Shown: positions 54,515-63,774 of the stretch, in pieces
Numbering within the stretch: the stretch's first letter is position 1
How the letters are laid out: the number at the start of each line of letters is the position of its first letter
Assembly: GCA_004297215.1 (NCBI GenBank)
Contig: SCUM01000002.1
Span: forward strand, 6,270 to 70,269
Reading direction: 5' to 3'
From: Patescibacteria group bacterium
Lineage (GTDB): Bacteria > Patescibacteriota > Patescibacteriia > UBA9934 > GWF2-40-263
DNA: 64,000 bases
Translations under genes and position numbers: made by a program
Notes under the pieces: generated by a model
What the model was told of the DNA's origin: nothing
The model's input: the letters and a program-made list of their open reading frames with translations, nothing else
Database searches by the model: none

Positions 54515-55288
54515 TTAGACAATGCACGCGGCGCGGAGGGAGTTCGCTGGAATCGTCGGGAAATGGGAGATGATGAGGCTTTCCACGGCCTCGTGGAACG
54601 CCTCAAGCGTGTCGGCGGGGAGGTGCGGGCGCAGCTGGTGCTCGAACCGTTCGGCAAGCGCGAAGCGGATGAGCTTGAGCGTCTCGTCCTTCATGGGCCG
54701 GGCGGCGAACCATTGCGAGGCGTCGCGCGTGGCGCACCCGTCGCACACCACGCCGCCTTTGGGGGCGTACCAGCGGTAGGAGCCGGGGCGCAGCGCGTCC
54801 TTGCACGCGAGGCAGTTGGCGAGCTCGGGACGGTAGCCGATGATGGCGAGAAGCTTGAGCGCGAACGCGGCGAGCAGGAACCCGGCGCGTTCGGCGGAGA
54901 GCGCCGGCGCCTCGTCCACGGCCGAAAGGAATCGCTTGAGTTCGTCGTAGAGCACCGGATCGGCCTCGTGCGGCTTGGTGCCGATGTCCACCAGGTGCAA
55001 TGCGCCGGAAACGAGCGTGAGCTTGCCGGGGTCGGTGTACAGATTCGAGAACGCACGCACGCGATCCGACGCGGCCACGGTGAAATATTGCCGCCCGTCG
55101 ACCAGTAACAGGTCGATCTCGGCTGGCATCTCAAGGTGCGGCGTCAACTTCGCAAGCGGCTTGTGCCCGCCGCGCGCCAAAAACTCCACCTTCCCGTACC
55201 CGTCCGTGAACGCCGAATACCACCGATCGGCTTCCCGGTGGTCCCGCCGCGAAAGCACGACGCCGGTTGTCCGAAAGAGGGTGGCCAT
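54515..55288 (-). CDS. recO: DNA repair protein RecO
   Basis: GVVL..RD.READR....FT...GK...ARG; Zn finger CLAC..CDGC. Confidence 0.92.
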   Translation of the reverse strand: MATLFRTTGVVLSRRDHREADRWYSAFTDGYGKVEFLARGGHKPLAKLTPHLEMPAEIDLLLVDGRQYFTVAASDRVRAFSNLYTDPGKLTLVSGALHLVDIGTKPHEADPVLYDELKRFLSAVDEAPALSAERAGFLLAAFALKLLAIIGYRPELANCLACKDALRPGSYRWYAPKGGVVCDGCATRDASQWFAARPMKDETLKLIRFALAERFEHQLRPHLPADTLEAFHEAVESLIISHFPTIPANSLRAACIV

Positions 55289-55713
55289 CAGGGGGACGTC
55301 TTCGCGGGCATCTTTTTCCTCACGACCAAGACCGCCACCCAGGCTCCGGCCATAGACGGCAGCGCCTGGACGGCTTGGTGGAGCCTGTCGTCCGCTGACG
55401 CGAGCAGAGATACGGAATATAGCGTGATGAACGCGGCGAGCGAGACGGCTGTCCGCATCTTATGGCCGGGTGCCGTCGCGGTGCCGAAAAAGACGAAACA
55501 GAAGGCTGCCAAGCCCCAGACGAGCGCGAGGATCCCCTCTCGGACGAGAAGGTATCTCATAAAGCCGCTCGTCCATGAGACGCCGAACTCCGGGATAAGC
55601 CGCGCGAGCAAGAATGCCAAAGGGACGATGCAAATGACGAACAAGCATCCGGCAGAAAGGAAGGCGACGGGAAGGATGAGGACCCATCTCAGGATGCGCG
55701 TTGATCGGTTCAT
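55288..55713 (-). CDS. Hypothetical 4-TM membrane protein
   Basis: 141 aa hydrophobic; TGATG overlap with recO. Confidence 0.65.
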   Translation of the reverse strand: MNRSTRILRWVLILPVAFLSAGCLFVICIVPLAFLLARLIPEFGVSWTSGFMRYLLVREGILALVWGLAAFCFVFFGTATAPGHKMRTAVSLAAFITLYSVSLLASADDRLHQAVQALPSMAGAWVAVLVVRKKMPAKTSP

Positions 55714-55716
55714 AGC

Positions 55717-56121
55717 CTAGGTGCGTTCGATCCGCCGGCCCAAATACTGCTGCACGATGAGCATCGCCGCGAGCGCATCCTCTTCCGCGTCCGACCCCTC
55801 TTCGCGCTGGAGACGGATGCTTTCGGCCGTCGTATAACTTTCGTCTTCTTCGACAACGGGAATCGAGATAGCTCCCTCAAGGGCTTTGATGAACGCGCGC
55901 GTCTTGTCGAGCTGCGCCGAGCTGTGATGCCCGCCGGTCGAAAGTGGGACCCCGACGACGATCATGTCGATATCCTCCGCACTGACCCGCTTCGCGAAGA
56001 CGCGGATCGTCTCCTCCCCACGGTTCGGCACCACGTCGAGCGGCACAGCGACACCTACGGTGCTGTCCCCGAACGCGAGCCCGATCTTCTTGTCGCCGTA
56101 ATCGATGCCGAGGATCCTCAT
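55717..56121 (-). CDS. ruvX: RuvX/YqgF pre-16S rRNA nuclease
   Basis: ILGIDYGDKKIGLA, IVVGVP, DESYTT, D.LAA..I. Confidence 0.92.
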   Translation of the reverse strand: MRILGIDYGDKKIGLAFGDSTVGVAVPLDVVPNRGEETIRVFAKRVSAEDIDMIVVGVPLSTGGHHSSAQLDKTRAFIKALEGAISIPVVEEDESYTTAESIRLQREEGSDAEEDALAAMLIVQQYLGRRIERT

Positions 56122-56894
56122 ACGGGCAACGGCGTGATGATTTCCGGCCCATCCTTTGTGACGACGATCGTCACCTCAAAGTGCGATCCGCGCTTGCCAT
56201 CCGCCATCACCACGGCCCAACCGTCGTCGGCGGTCTTCACGCGGTAGTCGCCTTCGCCAAGCATCGGCTCGAGCGCAAGCACCATCCCCTCCTTGATCTT
56301 CACCTTGGGGTGGTGCGGGCTCGTGAAATTCGGCACGTGCGGCGCCTCGTGCACCTTGTGGCCCACGCCGTGGCCCGTGAGCGCGCGCACGATCCCATAC
56401 CCGTGCGGGCCCACGGACCTCTCCACCGCGCGGGCGACGTCTTCGATCTCCCCGCCGACCTTCACGGCCGCGACCGCGTCCATGAGCGCCTGACGCGTCA
56501 CGCGAATCAGCTTCGCCGCCGCCGCGTCCACCTTCCCGACCGGAACCGTGACGGCCATGTCCGTGCACAGCCCCTCAAACCAGCACCCGATGTCGAGCCC
56601 CACCACGTCGCCTTCCTTGAGCGTGAGGTCGCGGTTCCCCAGGCCGTGCACCACTTCCGCATTGATGGATACGCACACCGTACTCGGGAATGGCGGGTCG
56701 TCCTTGTCATTCTGATAGCCAAGGAACGACGGCGTCCCTCCCCCGTCACGGATCACCTTCTCCGCGACCGCGTCGATGTCTTTCACAACGGCCCCCGGCT
56801 TCACGGCATCCACCGCCGCCTTCAATGCGCGCGAAAGCAGCGCCCCGCCCCGGCGCAGTTTCTCGATCTCTTCCGGGGTCTTGGTCATGGACAT
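56118..56894 (-). CDS. map: Type I methionine aminopeptidase
   Basis: CVSINAEVVHG, DIG..D.A.T, GHGVG..HE.P, ALEPM, SHFE. Confidence 0.96.
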   Translation of the reverse strand: MSMTKTPEEIEKLRRGGALLSRALKAAVDAVKPGAVVKDIDAVAEKVIRDGGGTPSFLGYQNDKDDPPFPSTVCVSINAEVVHGLGNRDLTLKEGDVVGLDIGCWFEGLCTDMAVTVPVGKVDAAAAKLIRVTRQALMDAVAAVKVGGEIEDVARAVERSVGPHGYGIVRALTGHGVGHKVHEAPHVPNFTSPHHPKVKIKEGMVLALEPMLGEGDYRVKTADDGWAVVMADGKRGSHFEVTIVVTKDGPEIITPLPV

Positions 56895-56896
56895 AG

Positions 56897-57529
56897 CTAC
56901 CGATCGATTGCCTTCACGATGCGATTGTGGATCTCCTCGACCTCGCCGACCCCGTCGATGCGGCGCACCAGCCCTTGGCCGCCATACACCGCGATGAGCG
57001 GTTCGGTCTCTTCTTCGTAGATCCTGAGGCGCTTCTCGATGGCCTCTGGCGTGTCGTCCTTGCGCACATCCATGCGACCGCCGCATTCGCAGGCGTCGCC
57101 CGGCTTGCGGCCGTCCTTCATGCTGTACACGGTGCCGCATGTGAAACAGGTCAACCGACCGGACAGGCGGCGCAACGATTCCTCTTTCGGGACCTCGATG
57201 ACGACCACGTGCGTGGGCTTGTCGAAGGTGAACGCCTTGGCCTGCTCCTTGCTTCGCGGATAGCCGTCGAGAAGATACCCGTTCTTGACATCCGACTGGC
57301 CGAGACGCTTGCGCAGTACGCGCGCCGCGGTCTGGTCGCTCACCAGGTTGCCGGGGGCGATGATGGCGTCGATTTCCTTGCCGAGCGCCGAGCCGGTGGC
57401 GATCTCGTCGCGCAACAGCTGCCCCATGCTGAACGCCGGGATCCCGAGCTCGCGGGCGACGAGCTTGGCTTGGGTCCCTTTGCCGCTTCCTTGCGGGCCG
57501 AGCAGGAGGATTTTGAGGGGGGCATTCAT
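56897..57529 (-). CDS. adk: Adenylate kinase with Zn lid
   Basis: GPQGSGKGTQA, LDGYPR, CFTC..CEC, RKDD. Confidence 0.95.
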   Translation of the reverse strand: MNAPLKILLLGPQGSGKGTQAKLVARELGIPAFSMGQLLRDEIATGSALGKEIDAIIAPGNLVSDQTAARVLRKRLGQSDVKNGYLLDGYPRSKEQAKAFTFDKPTHVVVIEVPKEESLRRLSGRLTCFTCGTVYSMKDGRKPGDACECGGRMDVRKDDTPEAIEKRLRIYEEETEPLIAVYGGQGLVRRIDGVGEVEEIHNRIVKAIDR

Positions 57530-57550
57530 ACGAAACCGATGATAGCAGCG

Positions 57551-57627
57551 TTACGAACCAAGGAACAGCTACTAAACAACGAAACTACGATCAGTTCGTA
57601 GTTTCGTAATAGTTCGTTGGTTCGTAA
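57551..57627. repeat. Low-complexity palindrome of (T)TCGTA/TACGA(A) units in the secY-adk spacer
   Basis: TTACGAACCAA..ACGAAACTACGA-TCAGT-TCGTAGTTTCGT..TTGGTTCGTAA. Confidence 0.65.
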
Positions 57628-57630
57628 CGA

Positions 57631-58902
57631 TTACAGCTCGTACTCCCTCATCGTCAGCTGCGCCTCGATCTGCTTCACCGTGTCGATCACGACCGAGACC
57701 ACGATGAGCACCGAGGTGCCGCCGATGATCAGGCTCGCGTTCCCGCTGGTCGCCTGGACGACGTTCGGCAATACGGCGACGATGGCAAGGAACGTGGCGC
57801 CGGCGAGCAGCAGGCGGTTGGTGATCCACCCGAGATACTGGGCGGTCGGAACCCCCGGACGGATGCCCGGGATGAACCCGCCTTGCTTCTGGAGGTTCTC
57901 CGCCACGCGGTCCGGATGGAAGATCACGCTCGCGTAGAAGAAGGTGAAGGCGAACACGAGGACCGCGAACGTCGTCGCGTACACCGTCTGGTTCTCGAAC
58001 ATGCGTATGATCCACTGGGCGGCCTCGCGCACGGCCGGGGTGGTGGCGTTCACGAAGAACTGGGCGAGCGTGGTCGGGAACAGGATCATCGAGATGGCGA
58101 AGATGATCGGGATCACGCCGCCGAGGTTCAGCTTGAGCGGGAGGAAGCTTGAGACCGCGCCGGCGAGCCGGCTGCCGCGCATCTGGCGCGCGTATTGCAC
58201 CGGGATCTTGCGTACCGCCTCGTTCATCACCACGATGGCGACCACGGTGACCACGACCACGGCCGCGAACCCGAGGACGGTGACGAGCTGCGAACGGTCG
58301 TACGTGGCGAACGCCTGCGAAAGCCCGCTCGGAAGCCCGGCGATGATGCCGGAAAAGATGATGATCGAAATGCCGTTGCCGACGTTCTTCTCGGAAATGA
58401 GCTCCCCGAGCCACATGAGGAACACCGTGCCGGCGGTCATGGCCGTGATGGCGAGCACAACGGTGAACGCCGTGCTGTCGGTGAAGATGGCCTGGCCGGA
58501 GGCCTGGGAGCCGAACAGGAGGATGAGGCTGTACCCCTGGAGGAACGCGAGCGGCACGGTGAGCAGGCGGGTCCAGCGGTTGATGCGCGCGCGTCCCTGC
58601 TCCTCCTTCTGCATCTCCTCCATGCTCGGGACGATCATCGCGAGGAGCTGGAAGATGATGGACGCGGTGATGTACGGGCCCACCCCGAGGGCGACCACGG
58701 AAAAGTTCGTGAGCGTGCCGCCGGAGACGAGGTTCAGGAGCCCGAACAGCTGGTTGCCGCTCGCGAGGCTCGTGAGCGCGTCCGGGTTCACCCCCGGCAC
58801 CGGCACGTGCGCGGCGAACCGTGTCACCACGAGCAGCGCGAACACGAACAGGAGGCTCTTGCGGACCTCGGGGGATTTCCAGATGCGGCGGATGGGAAGC
58901 AT
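57631..58902 (-). CDS. secY: Preprotein translocase subunit SecY
   Basis: ALGVGPYITASII, WLGELI...GNGIS, GVIPIIFA, FIPGIRPG, GGTSVLIVV. Confidence 0.98.
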   Translation of the reverse strand: MLPIRRIWKSPEVRKSLLFVFALLVVTRFAAHVPVPGVNPDALTSLASGNQLFGLLNLVSGGTLTNFSVVALGVGPYITASIIFQLLAMIVPSMEEMQKEEQGRARINRWTRLLTVPLAFLQGYSLILLFGSQASGQAIFTDSTAFTVVLAITAMTAGTVFLMWLGELISEKNVGNGISIIIFSGIIAGLPSGLSQAFATYDRSQLVTVLGFAAVVVVTVVAIVVMNEAVRKIPVQYARQMRGSRLAGAVSSFLPLKLNLGGVIPIIFAISMILFPTTLAQFFVNATTPAVREAAQWIIRMFENQTVYATTFAVLVFAFTFFYASVIFHPDRVAENLQKQGGFIPGIRPGVPTAQYLGWITNRLLLAGATFLAIVAVLPNVVQATSGNASLIIGGTSVLIVVSVVIDTVKQIEAQLTMREYEL

Positions 58903-58969
58903 AGGGGGATATTTAGAATGTAGGATGTAGGATGAAGGATACCATCCTACAGTCTTCATCCTTCAGTCT

Positions 58970-59410
58970 TCAGTTCAAGATGCTGCCGCCCGCCTTCTCG
59001 ATCTTCGCCCTGGCGCCGGCGGACACCGCGAGGCCGGACAGGGTGAGGGCGATGCCGATCTTCCCGTCGCCGAGCACCTTCGCGGGAGCGGTCGGCGAGG
59101 AGATGAGTCCCTTCTTGCACAGGAAGGCCGGCGTCACCTTGGAGCCGTCCGCGAAGGCGCGGGCGAGGTCGGAGACGTTCACGGCTTCCACCTCTCGCGC
59201 GAGGCTCTTGAACCCGCGGCGCTTCGGGATGCGCATCATGATGCGGCGCAGCCCCATGAGCTTGAGCCCGGCCTTGCCGCCGGCGCGGGCGCGCTGACCC
59301 TTGGCGCCCCGACCTGAATACGTGCCGCCTTTGGACAGGCCGCGGCCCACGCGCTTGCCAGCGCGGCGGGAACCCTTCTCAGGCTTGATGGAATGCAGGG
59401 TCATCGACAT
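58970..59410 (-). CDS. rplO: 50S ribosomal protein uL15
   Basis: RVGRG..GT.SGRG.KGQ.AR, PKRRGF, KIEKAGG. Confidence 0.95.
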   Translation of the reverse strand: MSMTLHSIKPEKGSRRAGKRVGRGLSKGGTYSGRGAKGQRARAGGKAGLKLMGLRRIMMRIPKRRGFKSLAREVEAVNVSDLARAFADGSKVTPAFLCKKGLISSPTAPAKVLGDGKIGIALTLSGLAVSAGARAKIEKAGGSILN

Positions 59411-59420
59411 AGGATTGGGG

Positions 59421-60065
59421 TTAGGCCTTGGGCTCTTCCGTGGGGTTCTCCGCCTTCGGCGAGCGGGCCGGACGGGCGCGCAGCTCGCGGATGGCCGCGA
59501 GCGTGGCCTGGGCGATATTGATCTTGTTGCTCGAGTTCATCACCTTTGAGACCGCGTTCGGGACGCCGGCCATCTCGAGCACGATGCGCGCGGCCCCGCC
59601 GCACTTGAGGCCGACCCCCTTCGGGGCGGGCTTCAGCAGCACCTCGGCCGAACCGAACTTGGCATGGACCGCATGCGTGATCGTGTCGTTCTCAAGCGTG
59701 ATGCGCACCATGTGCTTCTTGGCCTGGCGGTACGCCTTGTCCATGGACAGCTGCACGTCGGCCCCTTTCGCGACGCCCAGGCCCACGCGACCTTTCTTGT
59801 CGCCGATCACGAGCGCGGCACGGAAGGACATGCGCTTCCCGCCGGCCGTGACGCGCGTCACGCGGTCGAGCGCGAGCGTCTTCTGCTCGAACTCCCTCGC
59901 TTCACGGTCGGAACGGCCGCCGCTCCTGCGCGGACCGCCGCGACCGGCACCGCCGCCTTGTCCGCCGCGACCGGGAGCGCCACCGGGGCGCGAGCTTCCG
60001 CGCGCGGAGGCGCGAGGAGCGGAGCCGGCGGCGGGAGGCGTTGCGTTGGGTTTCTTGTCGTCCAT
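59421..60065 (-). CDS. rpsE: 30S ribosomal protein uS5 with long Gly/Arg-rich N-terminal extension
   Basis: RVTRVTAGGKR, IGD..GRVG.G, LKPAPKG. Confidence 0.95.
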   Translation of the reverse strand: MDDKKPNATPPAAGSAPRASARGSSRPGGAPGRGGQGGGAGRGGPRRSGGRSDREAREFEQKTLALDRVTRVTAGGKRMSFRAALVIGDKKGRVGLGVAKGADVQLSMDKAYRQAKKHMVRITLENDTITHAVHAKFGSAEVLLKPAPKGVGLKCGGAARIVLEMAGVPNAVSKVMNSSNKINIAQATLAAIRELRARPARSPKAENPTEEPKA

Positions 60066-60069
60066 AGCA

Positions 60070-60456
60070 TTAGAAATTCAATCCGGCTTCGCGGGCGCCG
60101 TCGGCAAGTGCGGCCACGCGGCCGTGATAACGGTAGCTCCCGCGGTCAAACACGGCCATGGTGACGCCGAGCGCCTTTGCCTTCTCGCCAAGGGCCTTCC
60201 CCACCGCGCGGGCGACCTCGACCGGCTTCATATGTTCCTTTCCGCCGGAGGCGGATCCGCCTTTGGCGGACACGTCGCGATCGGAAGCGGCACAAAGGGT
60301 GCGGCCGGCCCCGTCGTCGATGAGCTGCACGTACACGTGCTTGGCGCTGCGCTTCACCGTGAGGCGCGGAGCTTCCTTGGTGCCGCGCACCACGGCACGC
60401 ACCCGGGCGGCGCGGCGCATGGCGGAAGCGCGTTTCTTCGCAATGAGGTTGGTCAT
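60070..60456 (-). CDS. rplR: 50S ribosomal protein uL18
   Basis: PRL.V.RS.KH.YVQLIDD, VFDRG.Y.YHGRV..LAD.AR..GL.F. Confidence 0.96.
   Translation of the reverse strand: MTNLIAKKRASAMRRAARVRAVVRGTKEAPRLTVKRSAKHVYVQLIDDGAGRTLCAASDRDVSAKGGSASGGKEHMKPVEVARAVGKALGEKAKALGVTMAVFDRGSYRYHGRVAALADGAREAGLNF
60241..60270. repeat. 30-bp palindrome in frame inside rplR (encodes SAKGGSASGG)
   Basis: TCCGCC-GGA-GGCGGA-TCCGCC-TTT-GGCGGA. Confidence 0.75.
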
Positions 60457-60469
60457 ACGGGATTCGCGT

Positions 60470-61024
60470 TTATTCGGCGGCCTTGCCCGCGGCCTTTCCG
60501 GCCTTGCGGCGGATCGTCTCGTCCAAGTACTTGATCCCTTTGCCCTTGTACGGCTCCGGCTTCTTCAAGGAGCGGATCTGGGCCGCGATCTCTCCCACCT
60601 GGATCTTATCAGGCCCGCTCAGGGTGATCACGTTCTTCTCCACCTTGGCGGTGATCCCTTCCGGGATCGGGAAATCGATGTCGTGGCTGAACCCGAGCGC
60701 AAGGACGAGCTTCTTGCCGGAAAGGGTCACGCGGAAGCCGACGCCGTTCACTTCGAGCGCCTTGGTGAACCCGGCCGTGACGCCTACCACCATGTTGGCG
60801 ATGTTGGCGCGCCAGGTCCCCCAGAGGGAGCGCTCAAAGACGTCCTCCTGGTCCTTCACCGTGAGCTCCACGGCTTTCCCGCCCTCCGCGAGGGTCACGG
60901 ACACGGCCGGGTGCACGGTGGCGCGAAGCTCGCCCAGAGGCCCCTTCACGCAGACCTGCTGGCCGTCGATCGTCACCGTGACAGCCTCGGGGACGGGGAT
61001 GGGTTTCTTGCCGACGCGGGACAT
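60470..61024 (-). CDS. rplF: 50S ribosomal protein uL6
   Basis: MSRVGKKPI, KGPLG, LGFSH, PEPYKGKGI. Confidence 0.97.
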   Translation of the reverse strand: MSRVGKKPIPVPEAVTVTIDGQQVCVKGPLGELRATVHPAVSVTLAEGGKAVELTVKDQEDVFERSLWGTWRANIANMVVGVTAGFTKALEVNGVGFRVTLSGKKLVLALGFSHDIDFPIPEGITAKVEKNVITLSGPDKIQVGEIAAQIRSLKKPEPYKGKGIKYLDETIRRKAGKAAGKAAE

Positions 61025-61025
61025 A

Positions 61026-61418
61026 TCAGGAAATTTCGCAAATCACCTCGCCGCCGAGCCGGCGGGAGCGCGCTTCGCGGTTCGTCATGAGGCCGTTGGG
61101 GGTGGAAATGATGGAGATGCCCATGCCGGACATCACCGGGCGGATCTCGCCGGTCTTCATGTACACGCGGCTTCCGGGCTTGCTCACGCGCCGCAGCGTG
61201 CGCAGGCGCGGACGGTCGTGCTCGTAGGCGAGCGCCACGCGGATCATCGCATGCGGGACCTGCCCGGTCTTCTCGACCGAGGACAGGTACCCTTCGCGCT
61301 TGAGGATGTTCGCGATGGCCTCCTTGAGGTTTGAGTGCGGCAGCTCCACGACGTCGCGACGCACGGCAAGCGCGTTGCGCAGCCGGGTGAGCATGTCGGA
61401 AACGGGGTCGGTGATCAT
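61026..61418 (-). CDS. rpsH: 30S ribosomal protein uS8
   Basis: DPVSDMLTRLRN, VSKPG.RVY, ISTPNG, GGEVIC. Confidence 0.97.
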   Translation of the reverse strand: MITDPVSDMLTRLRNALAVRRDVVELPHSNLKEAIANILKREGYLSSVEKTGQVPHAMIRVALAYEHDRPRLRTLRRVSKPGSRVYMKTGEIRPVMSGMGISIISTPNGLMTNREARSRRLGGEVICEIS

Positions 61419-61429
61419 AGGAGGTGGGC

Positions 61430-61615
61430 TTACCAGCTGGCCTTCGTCACCCCGGGGATTTCCCCGCGGTTCGCGAGCTCGCGGAAGCAGATGCGGCACA
61501 AGGCGAACTGGCGCATGAACGCGCGCTTGCGCCCGCAGCGCCAGCAGCGGTTCACCACGCGCGTGGTGAACTTCGGCTTGCGGGCGGACTTGGCGACCTG
61601 GTTTTTCGTGGCCAT
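61430..61615 (-). CDS. rpsN: 30S ribosomal protein uS14, short Zn-binding (type Z)
   Basis: [26 protein letters not shown]. Confidence 0.96.
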   Translation of the reverse strand: MATKNQVAKSARKPKFTTRVVNRCWRCGRKRAFMRQFALCRICFRELANRGEIPGVTKASW

Positions 61616-61622
61616 AGGGGGT

Positions 61623-62168
61623 TTAGGCGTTCTTCTCCTCGATGGGCATCCCGAGCGCTTTCAGGAGCGCCAGGGCCTCGGGCTTCGTCTTCGCGCTGGT
61701 GCCGATCGTCACTTGCAGCCCGTGCACCACCTCGATCTCGTCGCTGCGGATCTCCGGGAACGCGATGTGCTCCTTGAACCCCATCGTGTAGTTGCCCTGG
61801 CCGTCGAATCCCCTCTCCGGCAGGCCGCGGAAGTCGCGCATGCGCGGGATGGAAACCTTGATGAGCTTCTCCAGGAAATCCCACATGCGCGCGCCGCGCA
61901 GGGTCACCTTCATCCCGATCACCATCCCCTCCCGGATCTTGAAGTTGGAGATGGAGATGCGGGCCTTGGTCTTTACCGGCTGCTGCCCGGTGATGCGCCG
62001 CAGCGTGGACTCGGCGGTCTCCAGGAACTTGGCGTCCTTGAGCCCCTTGCTCAATCCGACGTTGAGGGTGACCTTGGTGATTGCGGGCACCGCATGCACG
62101 TTCTTGTACCCGAACGCCTGGCGCAGGGCCGGGATCGCGACGGTCTTGTAGTGTTCTTTCAATGCCAT
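61623..62168 (-). CDS. rplE: 50S ribosomal protein uL5
   Basis: ITGQQP, FKIREG, KVTLRG, PR.RDFRG, FDG.GNY, FPEI. Confidence 0.97.
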   Translation of the reverse strand: MALKEHYKTVAIPALRQAFGYKNVHAVPAITKVTLNVGLSKGLKDAKFLETAESTLRRITGQQPVKTKARISISNFKIREGMVIGMKVTLRGARMWDFLEKLIKVSIPRMRDFRGLPERGFDGQGNYTMGFKEHIAFPEIRSDEIEVVHGLQVTIGTSAKTKPEALALLKALGMPIEEKNA

Positions 62169-62172
62169 ACGG

Positions 62173-62499
62173 TTAGCCGATATCCTCCGTTCCGCCCTTC
62201 GTCCGAAGGACGCGCACCTTCGTCCGCTTGCCGGCGGTCTCGAGGAACTTGTAGCCGACGCGGCCCGTCTTCCCGCCCTTCCCGACCACCATCACGTTGG
62301 AGGCGTGGAGCGGCGAGGGGAACTGGATCTTCTGGCCTTTCCCGCCGGAGGCGCGGTTGCCGCGCAGGTGACGCGTGGCGAGGTTCACGCCCTCGACCAC
62401 CACGCGATTGAGCGACGGGAACACTTGCAGGACCTTGCCCTGCTTGCCCTTGTCCTTTCCCGCAATCACGCGGACGATGTCTGTGGTCTTGAGTTTCAT
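62173..62499 (-). CDS. rplX: 50S ribosomal protein uL24
   Basis: KOW motif VIAGKDKGKQG, VEGVN, HASNV. Confidence 0.95.
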   Translation of the reverse strand: MKLKTTDIVRVIAGKDKGKQGKVLQVFPSLNRVVVEGVNLATRHLRGNRASGGKGQKIQFPSPLHASNVMVVGKGGKTGRVGYKFLETAGKRTKVRVLRTKGGTEDIG

Positions 62500-62505
62500 A
62501 GGGGT

Positions 62506-62877
62506 CTAGAGCACTTCCGTGGCGAGCGAGATGATCTTCCCGAATCCGCGGGCGCGCAGCTCGCGCGCCACCGGCCCGAAAATGCGCGTCCCCTTGGGGT
62601 CCTTGGTCTTCGGGTCGACGATGACGCCGGCGTTCTCGTCGAAGCGGATGTAGGTGCCGTCCTTGCGGCGCGTCTCCTTATGGGCGCGCACGATCACCAC
62701 GTGCACCACGTCGCTCTTCTTGACGGTGCCGTGAGGCGCGGCTTCCTTGACGACGGCGTTCACCACGTCGCCGATGCCGGCCACGTCCTTCTTGTACCCG
62801 CCGCGCACGCGGATCACCTGGAGCTTCTTCGCCCCGGTGTTGTCGGCCACTTTCAGCATTGTGCGATGTTGCACCAT
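62506..62877 (-). CDS. rplN: 50S ribosomal protein uL14
   Basis: [28 protein letters not shown]. Confidence 0.97.
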   Translation of the reverse strand: MVQHRTMLKVADNTGAKKLQVIRVRGGYKKDVAGIGDVVNAVVKEAAPHGTVKKSDVVHVVIVRAHKETRRKDGTYIRFDENAGVIVDPKTKDPKGTRIFGPVARELRARGFGKIISLATEVL

Positions 62878-62878
62878 A

Positions 62879-63130
62879 TCAGGCCTTGTTGATCACGCGC
62901 CACCGCTTGTCGCGGCTGAGCGGGCGGGTCTCCACGAACGAGACGGTCTCCCCGGCCTTGTGGACGTTCCCCTCGTCGTGCACCTTGAACTTCCGGCTTT
63001 GCACGTAGCGCTTGCCGTATTTGGGGTGCACGACGGTGCGGTCCACCCGGACGACGATGGTCTTGTCCATCTTGTCCGAGACGACCGTCCCGACGAACGT
63101 GCGGGCCGTGGTCTTTTGAGGATGTTCCAT
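62879..63130 (-). CDS. rpsQ: 30S ribosomal protein uS17
   Basis: [32 protein letters not shown]. Confidence 0.96.
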   Translation of the reverse strand: MEHPQKTTARTFVGTVVSDKMDKTIVVRVDRTVVHPKYGKRYVQSRKFKVHDEGNVHKAGETVSFVETRPLSRDKRWRVINKA

Positions 63131-63140
63131 AACGGGTCGG

Positions 63141-63344
63141 TTAGGCGGAAGCCTTCTCGGCGAGGACCGCGTTCACGCGGGAAAGGCGCAGGCGCGTCTC
63201 GCGCACCTCGCGCACGTCCTTCACCTGGTTGCTCGAGAGCTTGAACGCGCGGTCGCGCAGCCGCGTGCGCAGGATCGCCCGCTCGCGCACGAGCGCCTCG
63301 GACGACTTGCCGCGCAGCTCCTTCAATTCGTCGGTACGCTTCAT
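63141..63344 (-). CDS. rpmC: 50S ribosomal protein uL29
   Basis: ELR.KS..L helical pattern; position between rplP and rpsQ. Confidence 0.85.
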   Translation of the reverse strand: MKRTDELKELRGKSSEALVRERAILRTRLRDRAFKLSSNQVKDVREVRETRLRLSRVNAVLAEKASA

Positions 63345-63354
63345 ATCGCGGGGG

Positions 63355-63774
63355 CTAGAGGACGTCGCGGGTGACGACGCGGGTCTTCATCGGGAGCTTG
63401 TGCCGCGCGAGCTCCATGGCCTCGCGCGCCACCTCGCTCGTGACGCCGTCCATCTCGAACATGACGGTGCCCGGGCGGACGATGGCCACGTAATGGTCCA
63501 CCGCGCCCTTCCCCTTGCCCATCGGCATCTCGGCCCCCTTGGTGGTGACCGGCTTGTCGGGGAAGATGCGGATCCACAGCTTGCCGCCGCGCTTCATCGC
63601 GCGGGTCATGGCGCGGCGCGCCGCCTCGATCTGGCGCGAGCTCACCCACGCCTCGTCCATGGCCTTGAGCCCCCACGAACCGAACGCGAGGCGGATCTTG
63701 CGGGTCGCGACGCGCTTGCCGCGCGCGCGGCCCTTGTGCCACTTGCGATGCTTTACTTTTTTGGGGATAAGCAT
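63355..63774 (-). CDS. rplP: 50S ribosomal protein uL16
   Basis: [29 protein letters not shown]. Confidence 0.97.
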   Translation of the reverse strand: MLIPKKVKHRKWHKGRARGKRVATRKIRLAFGSWGLKAMDEAWVSSRQIEAARRAMTRAMKRGGKLWIRIFPDKPVTTKGAEMPMGKGKGAVDHYVAIVRPGTVMFEMDGVTSEVAREAMELARHKLPMKTRVVTRDVL

